Assembly: GCA_017417315.1 (NCBI GenBank)
Contig: JAFPZK010000045.1
Coordinates: 20,757-84,756 of the forward strand
Length of the DNA stretch: 64,000 nt
Direction of reading: 5' to 3'
DNA from: Bacteroidales bacterium
Lineage (GTDB): Bacteria > Bacteroidota > Bacteroidia > Bacteroidales > UBA3824
The notes under the pieces were generated by a model. That model searched no databases, was not told the DNA's origin, and was given only the letters and a program-made list of their open reading frames with translations. Shown piece after piece: positions 48,298-57,513 of this stretch. The position numbers and the translations under genes are program-made. Numbering within the stretch: position 1 is the stretch's first letter; each line of letters begins with the position of its first letter.

Positions 48298-49916
48298 AGT
48301 TTCCGGGTTAATACAAGTGATAGTGAATAAATTGGTTTTAAATCATTTACGCCGTTTTTTGCCATCAAACTGCGATATTTTTCGGTTGTTTCTTCATGAA
48401 GTCCGACAAGGACGTTTTTGCATTTTCCGCTTTCAATCAGACGGTTTGCGTCCCACAACGCACGATTCAATGATTCCTCGCCCTGAGTATAAGTGATATT
48501 ATAACCATGACATTTAAGGTAAATCGCTATGTTAGAGCCGATTGTGTTATGAGTACTCTGCATAAAAAGTGTCGGTTTCGGCACAGACATTTCATTCAAA
48601 ATTTTTTCAGAATTTTCCCAACAACCGAGTTTTGTCGCCGTTATGATTGCCTCAGGGACAGTTATACCGCTTTGTTTCAAGGCTTTAAGCGATGTTAACA
48701 AAGAACTTCTCAGCAGTTTCCCCATACGGCGGTATTCTGACGGTTTTAAGAAATTTTTGATTTCGTCAATTTCGTCTTCGGAAGTTAATTCACATCGAGC
48801 AGCGATTTCAACTTCAATTGGAGTGCAGGTAGCCTTGCCCGTTACGAAAGGCGTATCATACGCCGAAAAAACGAGCGACGTATCGTTGCCGCCAAACCCG
48901 AAAGAGTTGTCCATAACGTGCCGCAAATCACGATTGTCTAATATTTTGTTTATGCAGATAACCGCTTCAATCGCGCCTGCCGCACTTGTAGTGTGTCCCG
49001 TTATTGATTTTGTACAATCAATTCTCGGAAGTTTTTCGCCGAAAACACGCTTCAAAGCCGACATTTCGCTTGCATCATTGTTAACCGTTCCCGTGCCGTG
49101 AGCGTTAACCAACTGAATATCATCAGGCGTTAGATTAGCATTTTTAAGAGCCTCTGTCATAGCGAGATATGCGCCTTCGCCGTTTTCAGAAGAAGCGGTC
49201 TGATGAAAAGCATCACAAGCGTTGCCGCCGCCGCTGAAACGGCACAAGATTTTTGCACCGCGTTTTTGAGCGTTTTCTAAGGTTTCCATAACCAAAAACG
49301 CCGCGCCTTCGCCGAGATTTAATCCCGCACGGTCAAGAGAAAACGGTCTGCAAACATCTTTGTCCAAAATCATCAGCGAGGCAAAACCTGACAAATGGAA
49401 CTTTGTCAAAGCCTCAGTCCCGCCCGCAAAAACAATGTCCGCTTTACCAGTTTTCAACATTTCCGCGCCTAACAAAATTGCATTAGCACCCGACGAACAA
49501 GCAGTGGAAATAGTAGTTGTTTCGTCAAAAAAGCCGAAATACTTTGCAATATTATCAGTACAACTTCCGCAATCATGTTGAAGCATTATATCAGCATGAT
49601 TATCAATATCTTGCCAATACTTTTCGGTCAAATCCATACCACCAACGGTAGTCCCCGAAACAAGAACTTTTTTGCCGGAAGTAAGGGAAGAAACATTGGA
49701 GATTTCTAAGGCTTTTTTTACCGCATAAATACCGAGCAAAGCCGTACGGCTGATGGTTTGATTATCAGGAACATGCAATATCGCACCTAATTCTCTATTA
49801 GAAAAATCCACTTCGCCGACAGGATACGAAAAATCATGGAAATCAAGACGTTTAATTTCCTTAATTTCCGTTGCCGAAATTATGCCGTAACCGGTTATAA
49901 CAATATTTTTGCACAT
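48294..49916 (-). CDS. beta-ketoacyl synthase fused to a chain-length-factor-like domain
   Basis: STACSSGANA, NAHGTGT and SITGHTTS motifs. C-terminal RRMGKL...FMQSTHNTIGSNIAIYL block is typical of KS-N-like CLF domains. Start at the internal ATG. Confidence 0.8.
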   Translation of the reverse strand: MCKNIVITGYGIISATEIKEIKRLDFHDFSYPVGEVDFSNRELGAILHVPDNQTISRTALLGIYAVKKALEISNVSSLTSGKKVLVSGTTVGGMDLTEKYWQDIDNHADIMLQHDCGSCTDNIAKYFGFFDETTTISTACSSGANAILLGAEMLKTGKADIVFAGGTEALTKFHLSGFASLMILDKDVCRPFSLDRAGLNLGEGAAFLVMETLENAQKRGAKILCRFSGGGNACDAFHQTASSENGEGAYLAMTEALKNANLTPDDIQLVNAHGTGTVNNDASEMSALKRVFGEKLPRIDCTKSITGHTTSAAGAIEAVICINKILDNRDLRHVMDNSFGFGGNDTSLVFSAYDTPFVTGKATCTPIEVEIAARCELTSEDEIDEIKNFLKPSEYRRMGKLLRSSLLTSLKALKQSGITVPEAIITATKLGCWENSEKILNEMSVPKPTLFMQSTHNTIGSNIAIYLKCHGYNITYTQGEESLNRALWDANRLIESGKCKNVLVGLHEETTEKYRSLMAKNGVNDLKPIYSLSLVLTRKL

Positions 49917-49938
49917 ATCAAAGCCAAAAATCCGACTG

Positions 49939-49946
49939 CAAATGTA
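49939..49946 (-). promoter_or_regulatory. -7 box TACATTTG for the lipid gene cluster
   Basis: Matches TAnnTTTG on the minus strand, 23 nt upstream of ATG 49916 and just downstream of the terminator hairpin. Confidence 0.5.
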
Positions 49947-49955
49947 CAAACAAAT

Positions 49956-49992
49956 TTTTGAACTGCAAAAATTAAGTTTTTGCAGTTCAAAA
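49956..49992 (-). terminator. rho-independent terminator after the aminotransferase gene
   Basis: Perfect 16-bp stem TTTTGAACTGCAAAAA / TTTTTGCAGTTCAAAA with a 5-nt loop and a U-rich tail on the minus strand. Confidence 0.8.
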
Positions 49993-49995
49993 TTC

Positions 49996-51288
49996 TTAAT
50001 GCTCCTTTCTAAACTTTTCCACTCTTTCTTTAAAAACTTGTTCCAAATCTTTATGGAAAAACGACGTGCAAATTCTTACGCCTTGTTCCTTAGACCCCAT
50101 CGTGTTGAGCGGGAAAACCGAAATGCCGTAAAACATCAATTCTTTCGTCAGTTCTACCGCCGTCATGCCCGGATACTGAACCGTGAAGTAAAATCCGTCA
50201 GCCAAAGGCTCGCCCATATCGTTGTCGTAAACCAAATAAAAATTGTTTTTCAACAAAACATCTTTCATAAAGTTCGCTCTGCGACCGTACTCTTTAACGT
50301 CCGCCAAAAAGTTGTAACGCCCCTCGCTTGCTGCATTCATCATCGCCGCCATTGCAAACTGAACCGAATGTGTTACACCGCTCGACAACGTGTACAAAAT
50401 CCTGTTAGCCATAAAATTACCGAACTCCGCAACGCCGAATTTTTCTTCCAAGTTTTTGAATTTTCTGTGATAAAGCGCGTTAGAAATACAACTTACGCCA
50501 ATTCTCTGTCCAGCATACGAAAAAGCCTTTGAACCGGAAATACTTAACACGTAATTGTCAGTATATTTTCCGACCGAGGGCTGAAACGGAGCAGTAAACG
50601 GTTTCGACAAATCTTTGCGGAAATCCATCGCAAAATATGCCAAATCTTCCAAAACCACAACGTCAAATTCGGTTGCTAATTGTCCGATTCCTTTCAACTC
50701 CTCGCCCGTGAAACAAACCCACGACGGATTGTTAGGATTTGAGTAAACAAGTCCGCAAATATTACCTTTTGACAAAACTTCGCGCAGTTTTTCGATAAGT
50801 TTTTCACCGCGATAGCCGTAAATGTCAATACCGAGAGTTTTCAAGCCGATGACCTCGCACTGAGTCGTCTGAACGGGAAAGCCGGGGTGAATAAACAAAA
50901 CCGTATCTTTTTTCGGGTCAGCGTGTTTCAAGGTCGTAAAAACTGCAAACGTTCCCTGCATCGAACCCGTCGTCGGCATACAACAAAGCGGGTCTATGTC
51001 CAAGTCAATGAACGCTTTAACAAATTTTGATGCGGCATTTTTGATTTCGGGAATACCGTCGTTTGGCGGATAAGACTGAGCGCAGTTGTTTTTAAGAGCG
51101 TTGATTTCGGCTTCTACACCGATTTGAGAGGGTTTTAAGCCCGGAACGCCCATTTCCAAATGAACGAATTTTTCGCCGGTTTCCGCCTCCAAACGTTTTG
51201 AAAGTTTGGCAATGTCGCGGATTGTTACGCTTGAAAAATCTTCCAAGCCCATGTCTTTGATAACGTTTTCTACTTGTTTTCTGTCCAT
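49996..51288 (-). CDS. class I/II pyridoxal-phosphate aminotransferase
   Basis: SGSKAFSYAGQRIG (PLP lysine motif), about 430 aa. Confidence 0.8.
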   Translation of the reverse strand: MDRKQVENVIKDMGLEDFSSVTIRDIAKLSKRLEAETGEKFVHLEMGVPGLKPSQIGVEAEINALKNNCAQSYPPNDGIPEIKNAASKFVKAFIDLDIDPLCCMPTTGSMQGTFAVFTTLKHADPKKDTVLFIHPGFPVQTTQCEVIGLKTLGIDIYGYRGEKLIEKLREVLSKGNICGLVYSNPNNPSWVCFTGEELKGIGQLATEFDVVVLEDLAYFAMDFRKDLSKPFTAPFQPSVGKYTDNYVLSISGSKAFSYAGQRIGVSCISNALYHRKFKNLEEKFGVAEFGNFMANRILYTLSSGVTHSVQFAMAAMMNAASEGRYNFLADVKEYGRRANFMKDVLLKNNFYLVYDNDMGEPLADGFYFTVQYPGMTAVELTKELMFYGISVFPLNTMGSKEQGVRICTSFFHKDLEQVFKERVEKFRKEH

Positions 51289-51289
51289 T

Positions 51290-51709
51290 TTAACGCAAAT
51301 CCTCCACCGTTATAAAACCGATTTTATCCAACATCATTATTTCTTTTGCCTTTTCTAACGGATTGACTTTCAGAATCAAAACGCCTTTGCCTTTGAAAAG
51401 GAAACTGTACATATACGCCACGTTAACGCCCGCCTTCGTGAAAAGGTCAATGACATGAGCCGCTTTGCCGGGTTCGTCCTCGATTTCAACGGCGAGAACA
51501 TCGGTTAACTGAACGTTTATGTTATTGTTTTTCAAAACGTTATACGCTTTAATCGGCTCGTTGCAGATAACTCTGTAAATACCGAACTCTGAGGTGTCGG
51601 CAATCGTCGAAGCGATAATCTGAACCCCCTCTTTGCTTAACAAATCCAACACTTTTATTAATGCCCCGGATTTGTTTTCTATAAATATTGATAATTGATT
51701 GATAGTCAT
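51290..51709 (-). CDS. ACT-domain protein
   Basis: Two ACT-like units (LSIFIENKSGALIKVLDLL; LAVEIEDEPGKAAHVIDLF). Start at ATG 51709, downstream of the palindrome. Confidence 0.7.
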   Translation of the reverse strand: MTINQLSIFIENKSGALIKVLDLLSKEGVQIIASTIADTSEFGIYRVICNEPIKAYNVLKNNNINVQLTDVLAVEIEDEPGKAAHVIDLFTKAGVNVAYMYSFLFKGKGVLILKVNPLEKAKEIMMLDKIGFITVEDLR

Positions 51710-51725
51710 AATTATTTCATTTTTA

Positions 51726-51778
51726 AATTGACAGTTGACAATTGACAGTGGATAATTGTCAATTGTCAACTGTCAATT
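51726..51778. repeat. perfect 22-bp inverted repeat built from TTGACA triplets, 9-nt spacer
   Basis: AATTGACAGTTGACAATTGACA (51726-47), spacer gtggataat, then TGTCAATTGTCAACTGTCAATT (51757-78). Confidence 0.95.
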
Positions 51779-51789
51779 ATCAATTGTTT

Positions 51790-53106
51790 TTATTCATACA
51801 CTTTTCGATTGTCAACAACTCTGACGGCTTTGCCTTCGGAAACGGGTAACGTTCCTTTTGCAACAAGTTTCACTCTCGGTGTTAACAAAATTTCGTCCTT
51901 TAACGCCCGCGTGATGTCTTTCGTCAGTTTCTCCAACCTTGAATAATCGTCTGTGAAAAGTTCTTCCAACTCTACTTCAACGGTCATGTTATCGTTGTCG
52001 CCGTCTGTGGTCAGCGTTATTAAATAGTTGGTAGACAACTCTTTAAACTCTAACAAAATCTTCTCGATTTGTATCGGGAAAATATTAACGCCCCTCAAAA
52101 CAATCATATCGTCAGAGCGGCCTTTCATTCTGTCAAGCCTTACGTGATGACGACCGCAAGGACAATCGTGTCCCAAAATCCGCGTTAAATCCCTCGTTCT
52201 GTACCTCAAAAGCGGCATTGCTTCGCGGTTCAAGGTCGTCAAAACCATTTCGCCGATTTCGCCTTCGGGAACGGGTTCAAGTGTTTCAGGATCAACGATT
52301 TCCACGATGTAATAATCTTCCCAAATGTGAAGACCGTTTTGTTCTTTACATTCAAAAGCCACGCCCGGACCGCACATTTCCGACATTCCGAACGAGTTAT
52401 AAGCCTTAACGCCGAGCATTTCTTCGATACGTTTGCGTTGCGCCTCGGAGTGAGGTTCAGCACCGATGACTAAGGTTTTTAACTTTGTATCGCGTTTCGG
52501 ATCAACGCCGACTTGATCCATAACTTCTTTAATACGTGTTACATACGAGGGAATTGCGTGAATTGCCGTCGTGCCGAAATCCGTTATGAATTTTATTTGT
52601 CTAAGCGTGTTTCCGGCTGCTGCGGGGACAGTCAACATGCCTAACTTTTCAGCACCGTACTGGAAGCCGAGACCGCCGGTAAACATTCCGTAACCTGAGG
52701 AGTTTTGGAAAACGTCATCAGGACGTAAACCAACCATCCAAAGACATCTTGCAACGGCGTTTGCCCATTCGTCCAAATCCTTCTGAGAGTGTAAGATAAC
52801 GGTCGGATTGCCCGTCGTGCCGCTTGACGAGTGAAGTCTGACGCATTTTTCGAGAGGAACGCTGCGAAGTCCGAAAGGATAATTATCCCTTAAATCCTGT
52901 TTTGTGGTGAAAGGGATTTTTTTTAAGTCGTCCAAAGACTTAATGTCATCGGGAGAGATTCCCGCTTCAAGGAAACGTTTTTTATAAAAATCCGATTGCA
53001 TACAATGTCTTACGGTATCTTTCAAACGTTTCAACTGCAAATCCCGAATTTCTGAAACGTTTAACGTTTCAAATTCGGGGTGTAAATATTCTGAATTTTT
53101 ATCCAT
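51790..53106 (-). CDS. paaK: phenylacetate-CoA ligase
   Basis: SSGTTGNPTV and PaaK-like length and C-terminus. Confidence 0.85.
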   Translation of the reverse strand: MDKNSEYLHPEFETLNVSEIRDLQLKRLKDTVRHCMQSDFYKKRFLEAGISPDDIKSLDDLKKIPFTTKQDLRDNYPFGLRSVPLEKCVRLHSSSGTTGNPTVILHSQKDLDEWANAVARCLWMVGLRPDDVFQNSSGYGMFTGGLGFQYGAEKLGMLTVPAAAGNTLRQIKFITDFGTTAIHAIPSYVTRIKEVMDQVGVDPKRDTKLKTLVIGAEPHSEAQRKRIEEMLGVKAYNSFGMSEMCGPGVAFECKEQNGLHIWEDYYIVEIVDPETLEPVPEGEIGEMVLTTLNREAMPLLRYRTRDLTRILGHDCPCGRHHVRLDRMKGRSDDMIVLRGVNIFPIQIEKILLEFKELSTNYLITLTTDGDNDNMTVEVELEELFTDDYSRLEKLTKDITRALKDEILLTPRVKLVAKGTLPVSEGKAVRVVDNRKVYE

Positions 53107-53122
53107 TTACATATTCCGTTTT

Positions 53123-53692
53123 TTAATTTTTCATTCCTTCTTCAAACGCCTTTAAATTAGCCTCGACGATAGCCTCGCCTTTGCGGGCAAAAACTGTCTT
53201 GATAGCCTCTTTTAATTGGTCTACGCTAAGGATTTCAAGGTATTTTGCAGCCATGCCCAAAAGTACCATATTAGCAGATTTAGGCATCATAATACTTTTT
53301 GCAACCTCTTCAATATCAAGTTTTTTGAGGTTCGGGAAAGTGTCAAGTTCTGCAAAAAGTTTTGCCTCGTCCGGGTAATCGGGAATGTTGACAAACGGTT
53401 TTGAATTTGTTACAATCCAAGAATTTTTGTTCAAATACGGCAAATAACGCAAAACTTCCATCGGCTCCATCGAAATAAGCAAATCGGCTTTTGCTTTCGG
53501 TATCAAATCCGAATAAATCTCTGTGTCAGAAAGCCTTAAATTACTCTGAACGTCGCCGCCCCTCTGACTCATACCGTGAACCTCAGCCTGTTTTAAAAAC
53601 AATCCGGCTTTTGTAGCAGCCTCACCTATAACGGTTGCGATTGAGAGGATACCTTGTCCGCCCACACCGCAAAGAATTAAATCTTTCTTCAT
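53123..53692 (-). CDS. iorB: indolepyruvate:ferredoxin oxidoreductase beta subunit
   Basis: GVGGQGILSIA N-terminus, about 190 aa, 4-nt overlap with iorA. Confidence 0.85.
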   Translation of the reverse strand: MKKDLILCGVGGQGILSIATVIGEAATKAGLFLKQAEVHGMSQRGGDVQSNLRLSDTEIYSDLIPKAKADLLISMEPMEVLRYLPYLNKNSWIVTNSKPFVNIPDYPDEAKLFAELDTFPNLKKLDIEEVAKSIMMPKSANMVLLGMAAKYLEILSVDQLKEAIKTVFARKGEAIVEANLKAFEEGMKN

Positions 53693-55275
53693 TTTTTCTT
53701 GTGTCTTTTAAGGGTTTGCATACATTCGCGGCGGGGAATTATAACCGAAACGCCGTTATAATTGATTTCTTCTTCGATGATTCTTGTGATTTCGGGCATA
53801 TTTTTCGGCATCGGAACAACCACTCTAACGTGTTGAGGGTCAACGCCCAAACCGATACAAATTGCCTCATATTTGTTTAAGCCGGCAGAGTCCTGACCGC
53901 CTGTCATTCCGGTTGTCAAATTGTCAGAAATAATGACGGTTATGTTAGCGTTTTCGTTAACGGCGTCCAAAAGTCCCGTCATTCCCGAATGTGTGAAAGT
54001 TGAGTCGCCGATAACAGCGATTGCGGGGAAAAGTCCTGCATCAGCCGCGCCTTTTGCCATCGTGATTGACGCACCCATGTCCACGCAACTTGCCAAAGCC
54101 TGAAACGGCGGCAACGCTCCCAAAGTATAACAACCTATATCACCGAAAACTCTTGCATTTTCATATTTTGTGATAACCTCTTTCAACGCGCCGTAAACAT
54201 CTCTGTGTCCGCAGCCTTGACAAAGTTGCGGCGGACGGTTTGCAAGATTTTGAGCGGGTTTGAAGTCTTCTTCGATTTTAACACCGAAAGCCTGAGCCAC
54301 TGCATCGGGCGTAAGTTCACCTTGACGGGGAAGGTCTCCCGTCAAACGTCCTAAAACTTCCGCTTTGTCGCCGACGATTCTCTTAACGTCCTCTTCTACA
54401 ACGGGTTGTCCGTCTTCTACGACGAGGATTTTTTTGCAGTCCTTTGTTAACGACAAAACTGCTTGTTCGGGAAGCGGATATTGAGAAATTTTTAAGAGTT
54501 TTATGCCTTTAACACCGTAGTTTTCAACGGCTTCCTTAACGTAATTGTAACCGATACCGCAGGCAACGACTGCTAAATCATTTCCGTAATTTTCAGTACG
54601 GTTGTAAACTGATTTTTCGGCAGCGGCTTTTATTTCGGTCTGTTTTTCGATTAATGCTGCGTACTGTTTTTTAGCGATTCCGGGCAAAAGCACCCAGCCG
54701 CGCGAAGTTGAAGGATTAAAAGCGTTCATTTCCTTAACATCGTCGATTTCAACGGCAGCCCTTGAATGTGCAAGACGGGTTACAACTCTCATTAAAACAG
54801 GCTCTTGAAGTTTTTCGCTGAGTTCAAAAGCGACTTTCATCATATCGAAAGCCTCCTGTTGGTTTGAGGGTTCAAAAATCGGAATCATTGCAAATTTTCC
54901 GTAAAATCTTGAATCCTGCTCGTTTTGGCTTGAATGCATTGACGGGTCGTCAGCCGCAAGCACTACGAGACCGCCGTTAACGCCCGTTACGGCAGAATTT
55001 ATGAAAGCATCGGCGCAAACGTTCATGCCGACATGTTTCATACAAACCAACGCTCTTTTGCCGGCGTAGGACATACCTAAAGCGGCTTCCATAGCGGTTT
55101 TTTCGTTAGTTGACCACTTAGAATGAATATTCCTTTGTTTAGCCAAAGGATTATTTTGAATAAATTCGGTAATTTCGGTAGACGGAGTTCCGGGATAAGC
55201 GTAAACGCCTGATAATCCGGCGTATATCGCTCCCAAAGCGACTGCTTCGTCTCCAAGTAATAAAGTTTTTTCCAT
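53689..55275 (-). CDS. iorA: indolepyruvate:ferredoxin oxidoreductase alpha subunit
   Basis: LLLGDEAVALGA N-terminus, CQGCGH, and TPP motif GDSTFTHSG. Confidence 0.9.
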   Translation of the reverse strand: MEKTLLLGDEAVALGAIYAGLSGVYAYPGTPSTEITEFIQNNPLAKQRNIHSKWSTNEKTAMEAALGMSYAGKRALVCMKHVGMNVCADAFINSAVTGVNGGLVVLAADDPSMHSSQNEQDSRFYGKFAMIPIFEPSNQQEAFDMMKVAFELSEKLQEPVLMRVVTRLAHSRAAVEIDDVKEMNAFNPSTSRGWVLLPGIAKKQYAALIEKQTEIKAAAEKSVYNRTENYGNDLAVVACGIGYNYVKEAVENYGVKGIKLLKISQYPLPEQAVLSLTKDCKKILVVEDGQPVVEEDVKRIVGDKAEVLGRLTGDLPRQGELTPDAVAQAFGVKIEEDFKPAQNLANRPPQLCQGCGHRDVYGALKEVITKYENARVFGDIGCYTLGALPPFQALASCVDMGASITMAKGAADAGLFPAIAVIGDSTFTHSGMTGLLDAVNENANITVIISDNLTTGMTGGQDSAGLNKYEAICIGLGVDPQHVRVVVPMPKNMPEITRIIEEEINYNGVSVIIPRRECMQTLKRHKKK

Positions 55276-55296
55276 CAGAAATGAAATGTTTGTTTT

Positions 55297-55515
55297 TTAA
55301 TGCCCCAAAGGTAATGATTTTTTGTCAAAGGGCAAATTTTTTTTCATTTCCTCTCTGTAAAAATCTTTGACGGCGGCAGGACCGTCCCACCAAAAACGCG
55401 ATTTGGCATTTAATAAAAGGGCTGCAGTTCCGGATTGAAGAAATTCCGGCAAAACGTCCGAGGCTCGTCTGCCGTCTTCCTCTGCTATATCGCTGACAAC
55501 CATTGAAATAAGCAA
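55297..55515 (-). CDS. small conserved protein (DUF3791-like); 5' end uncertain
   Basis: About 70 aa helical protein paired with a similar gene. The upstream frame stays open across an A8 run, so the true start is unclear. Confidence 0.4.
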   Translation of the reverse strand: MLISMVVSDIAEEDGRRASDVLPEFLQSGTAALLLNAKSRFWWDGPAAVKDFYREEMKKNLPFDKKSLPLGH

Positions 55516-55602
55516 ATCAATAGCGGTCTGATTTTTTTTCTGCTTACATACATATCACTTTCCTCGACCATAAAAATGTTAAACCTGAACTTAAATTTTT
55601 AA

Positions 55603-55821
55603 TCATCTTTTTACCCCCTTGTTTTTAAGATATTGTTTTATATCGTCAAAAATCGCCGCATCGCCTTCAACGTGAAACAATCCGAAAAAGTCTTCAATAT
55701 AGCGGAATACACCGTGTAAGGCGAAAAAATTTGCAGCCTCAGGGATAGACATTTTCCACTTTTTGGCAGCCATTCTCACCAAACGCATTTGCATATAAAG
55801 TATTTGAAGTTTTTCCTCCAT
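55603..55821 (-). CDS. small conserved protein (DUF3791-like)
   Basis: 72 aa; ...FGLFHVEGDAAIFDDIKQYL fits the family pattern. Confidence 0.5.
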   Translation of the reverse strand: MEEKLQILYMQMRLVRMAAKKWKMSIPEAANFFALHGVFRYIEDFFGLFHVEGDAAIFDDIKQYLKNKGVKR

Positions 55822-55885
55822 AAAGTTTTCCGCTTTTTCACGGCACTAAATTAATAATTATTTTTCATTTTTTTGCAAGATTTTT

Positions 55886-55893
55886 TATCTTTG
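55886..55893 (+). promoter_or_regulatory. -7 box TATCTTTG for sixA
   Basis: Matches TAnnTTTG, 24 nt before ATG 55917. Confidence 0.5.
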
Positions 55894-55916
55894 CGGCTTG
55901 AAAAAGAGAGAAAAAA

Positions 55917-56399
55917 ATGAAACGGATATATTTATTGCGGCACGCAAAGGCAAGTTGGAACGATGATGTCGATGACAAAGACCGTATTATCAGTTACATC
56001 GGTGTCAACGAGGCAAAAAAAGTCGCCGCCGAAATCGTAAAAAAGGAAATTAAATTTGACAAAATTATAAGTTCTCCGGCAAAACGCGCATACCAAACAG
56101 CCGACATCATAAAAAATAAAATAGGATTTATCGGCGAAATCGTTTTGGAAGAAAGTTTTTATTTCGATTATCAAAGAGAAATTCTAAATTTTATTCAAAA
56201 TATTGATAATAAGGTAGATAGCGTACTTTTAGTCGGTCATAATCCTACGTGGTCGAAACTCGCGGGAGATTTTTCTGACGAGCGCGTTTATCTTGACACT
56301 GCAAATTTAGCCGCCCTCAACGCAGATATAAACGACTGGAATGAAGCCGTTTACGGAATTTTTAATTTAGATTATGTAATTTCACCTAATAATTTATAA
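55917..56399 (+). CDS. sixA: phosphohistidine phosphatase (histidine phosphatase superfamily)
   Basis: IYLLRHAKA (RHG-type motif), LVGHNP, 160 aa. Confidence 0.8.
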   Translation: MKRIYLLRHAKASWNDDVDDKDRIISYIGVNEAKKVAAEIVKKEIKFDKIISSPAKRAYQTADIIKNKIGFIGEIVLEESFYFDYQREILNFIQNIDNKVDSVLLVGHNPTWSKLAGDFSDERVYLDTANLAALNADINDWNEAVYGIFNLDYVISPNNL

Positions 56400-56406
56400 A
56401 AAGAAA

Positions 56407-57513
56407 ATGAATTTTATTAACAAAATATTGCTGTTTTCGACTTCGGCTTTGTGCTTTTCATGCGGACAAAGCGGTCAAGAAAACAAAACCCAAAACCAAA
56501 ACATTCAGCAGCAACCAGTAGTTCAAGAAAAAAATTTCTCGCTGAAACTCAGTAATTTAGACGAAAATTCCATCGGCAAGGTTGCCGACAAATTTTCGCT
56601 TGACATCATAAAAGAAAAAGGTGTTGACTTTGACTCGGCAACCGTTAACGCCGACGGCAAAAAAATTGCGGCTTTAAACTCCGGCGAACTTTCGTTAACG
56701 ATTGATACAAAGGATTTTAGATGCGGAATCGTGCCGCTGACAGTTCAAGTTTTTAAAGACGGAAAGTCTGAATACCTCAGTGCGTCGGTAAAACTTCATT
56801 CCGACATTGTCCCTAAACGCAAAACTTTCAAAGTCGTAAAAACCTTTAACCATGATAATCAGGCGTATACGCAAGGTCTTCAATACGAAGACGGAGTTTT
56901 TTACGAGTCAACGGGCTTAAAGAAAAAATCGTCGCTAAGAAAAGTAAAACCCGAAACCGGCGAAATACTTCAAAGTTTTATTCTTGAAGACGAATATTTT
57001 GGCGAAGGGTTGACAATCATGGATGACAAACTCGTTCAACTGACTTGGCAAAATCACAAAGGCTTTGTTTACGACAAAACAAGTTTTGAAAAAATCCGAG
57101 AATTTGACGTCGCAACCGAAGGCTGGGGCTTAACGTATTTTAATGATACACTGTATCTTACTGACGGCAGCGAAAATATTTATTTTCTCGAAAAAAATAA
57201 TTTCTCAACAGTTAAATATGTTCAGGTTTATGACAATTTAGGACCGGTAAAAATGCTGAACGAAACCGAAATGATTGACGGAAAACTTTACGCCAACATT
57301 TATCAGTCGGATTTAATCGCCGAAATTGATTATCACACAGGTAAAGTGTTAAGTTATATAGAGTTAACAAATCTTTTACCGCAAAACCTCCGAACAGACA
57401 ACACCGACGTTTTGAACGGAATCGCATACGATGAAAAAGGCAATAGGCTGTTTGTTACGGGCAAAAACTGGCCGAAATTGTTTCAAATTCAAATAATTGA
57501 CCAAGCAAAATGA
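56407..57513 (+). CDS. glutaminyl-peptide cyclotransferase (beta-propeller type) lipoprotein with an extra N-terminal domain
   Basis: Lipobox [21 protein letters not shown]...[12 protein letters not shown]...GWGLT...NGIAYD. Confidence 0.8.
   Translation: MNFINKILLFSTSALCFSCGQSGQENKTQNQNIQQQPVVQEKNFSLKLSNLDENSIGKVADKFSLDIIKEKGVDFDSATVNADGKKIAALNSGELSLTIDTKDFRCGIVPLTVQVFKDGKSEYLSASVKLHSDIVPKRKTFKVVKTFNHDNQAYTQGLQYEDGVFYESTGLKKKSSLRKVKPETGEILQSFILEDEYFGEGLTIMDDKLVQLTWQNHKGFVYDKTSFEKIREFDVATEGWGLTYFNDTLYLTDGSENIYFLEKNNFSTVKYVQVYDNLGPVKMLNETEMIDGKLYANIYQSDLIAEIDYHTGKVLSYIELTNLLPQNLRTDNTDVLNGIAYDEKGNRLFVTGKNWPKLFQIQIIDQAK

Noticed and set aside
51710-51769. Extended 159-aa version of the ACT-domain ORF.
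   Set aside because: The extension would translate the perfect TTGACA palindrome (TIDNYPLSIVNCQ). The ACT domain begins at the internal ATG 51709.
55516-55560. Possible upstream ATG (MYVSRKK...) for the DUF3791-like gene, requiring a frameshift in an A8 run.
   Set aside because: This cannot be resolved without reads or homolog alignment. It is reported only as start uncertainty on the feature.
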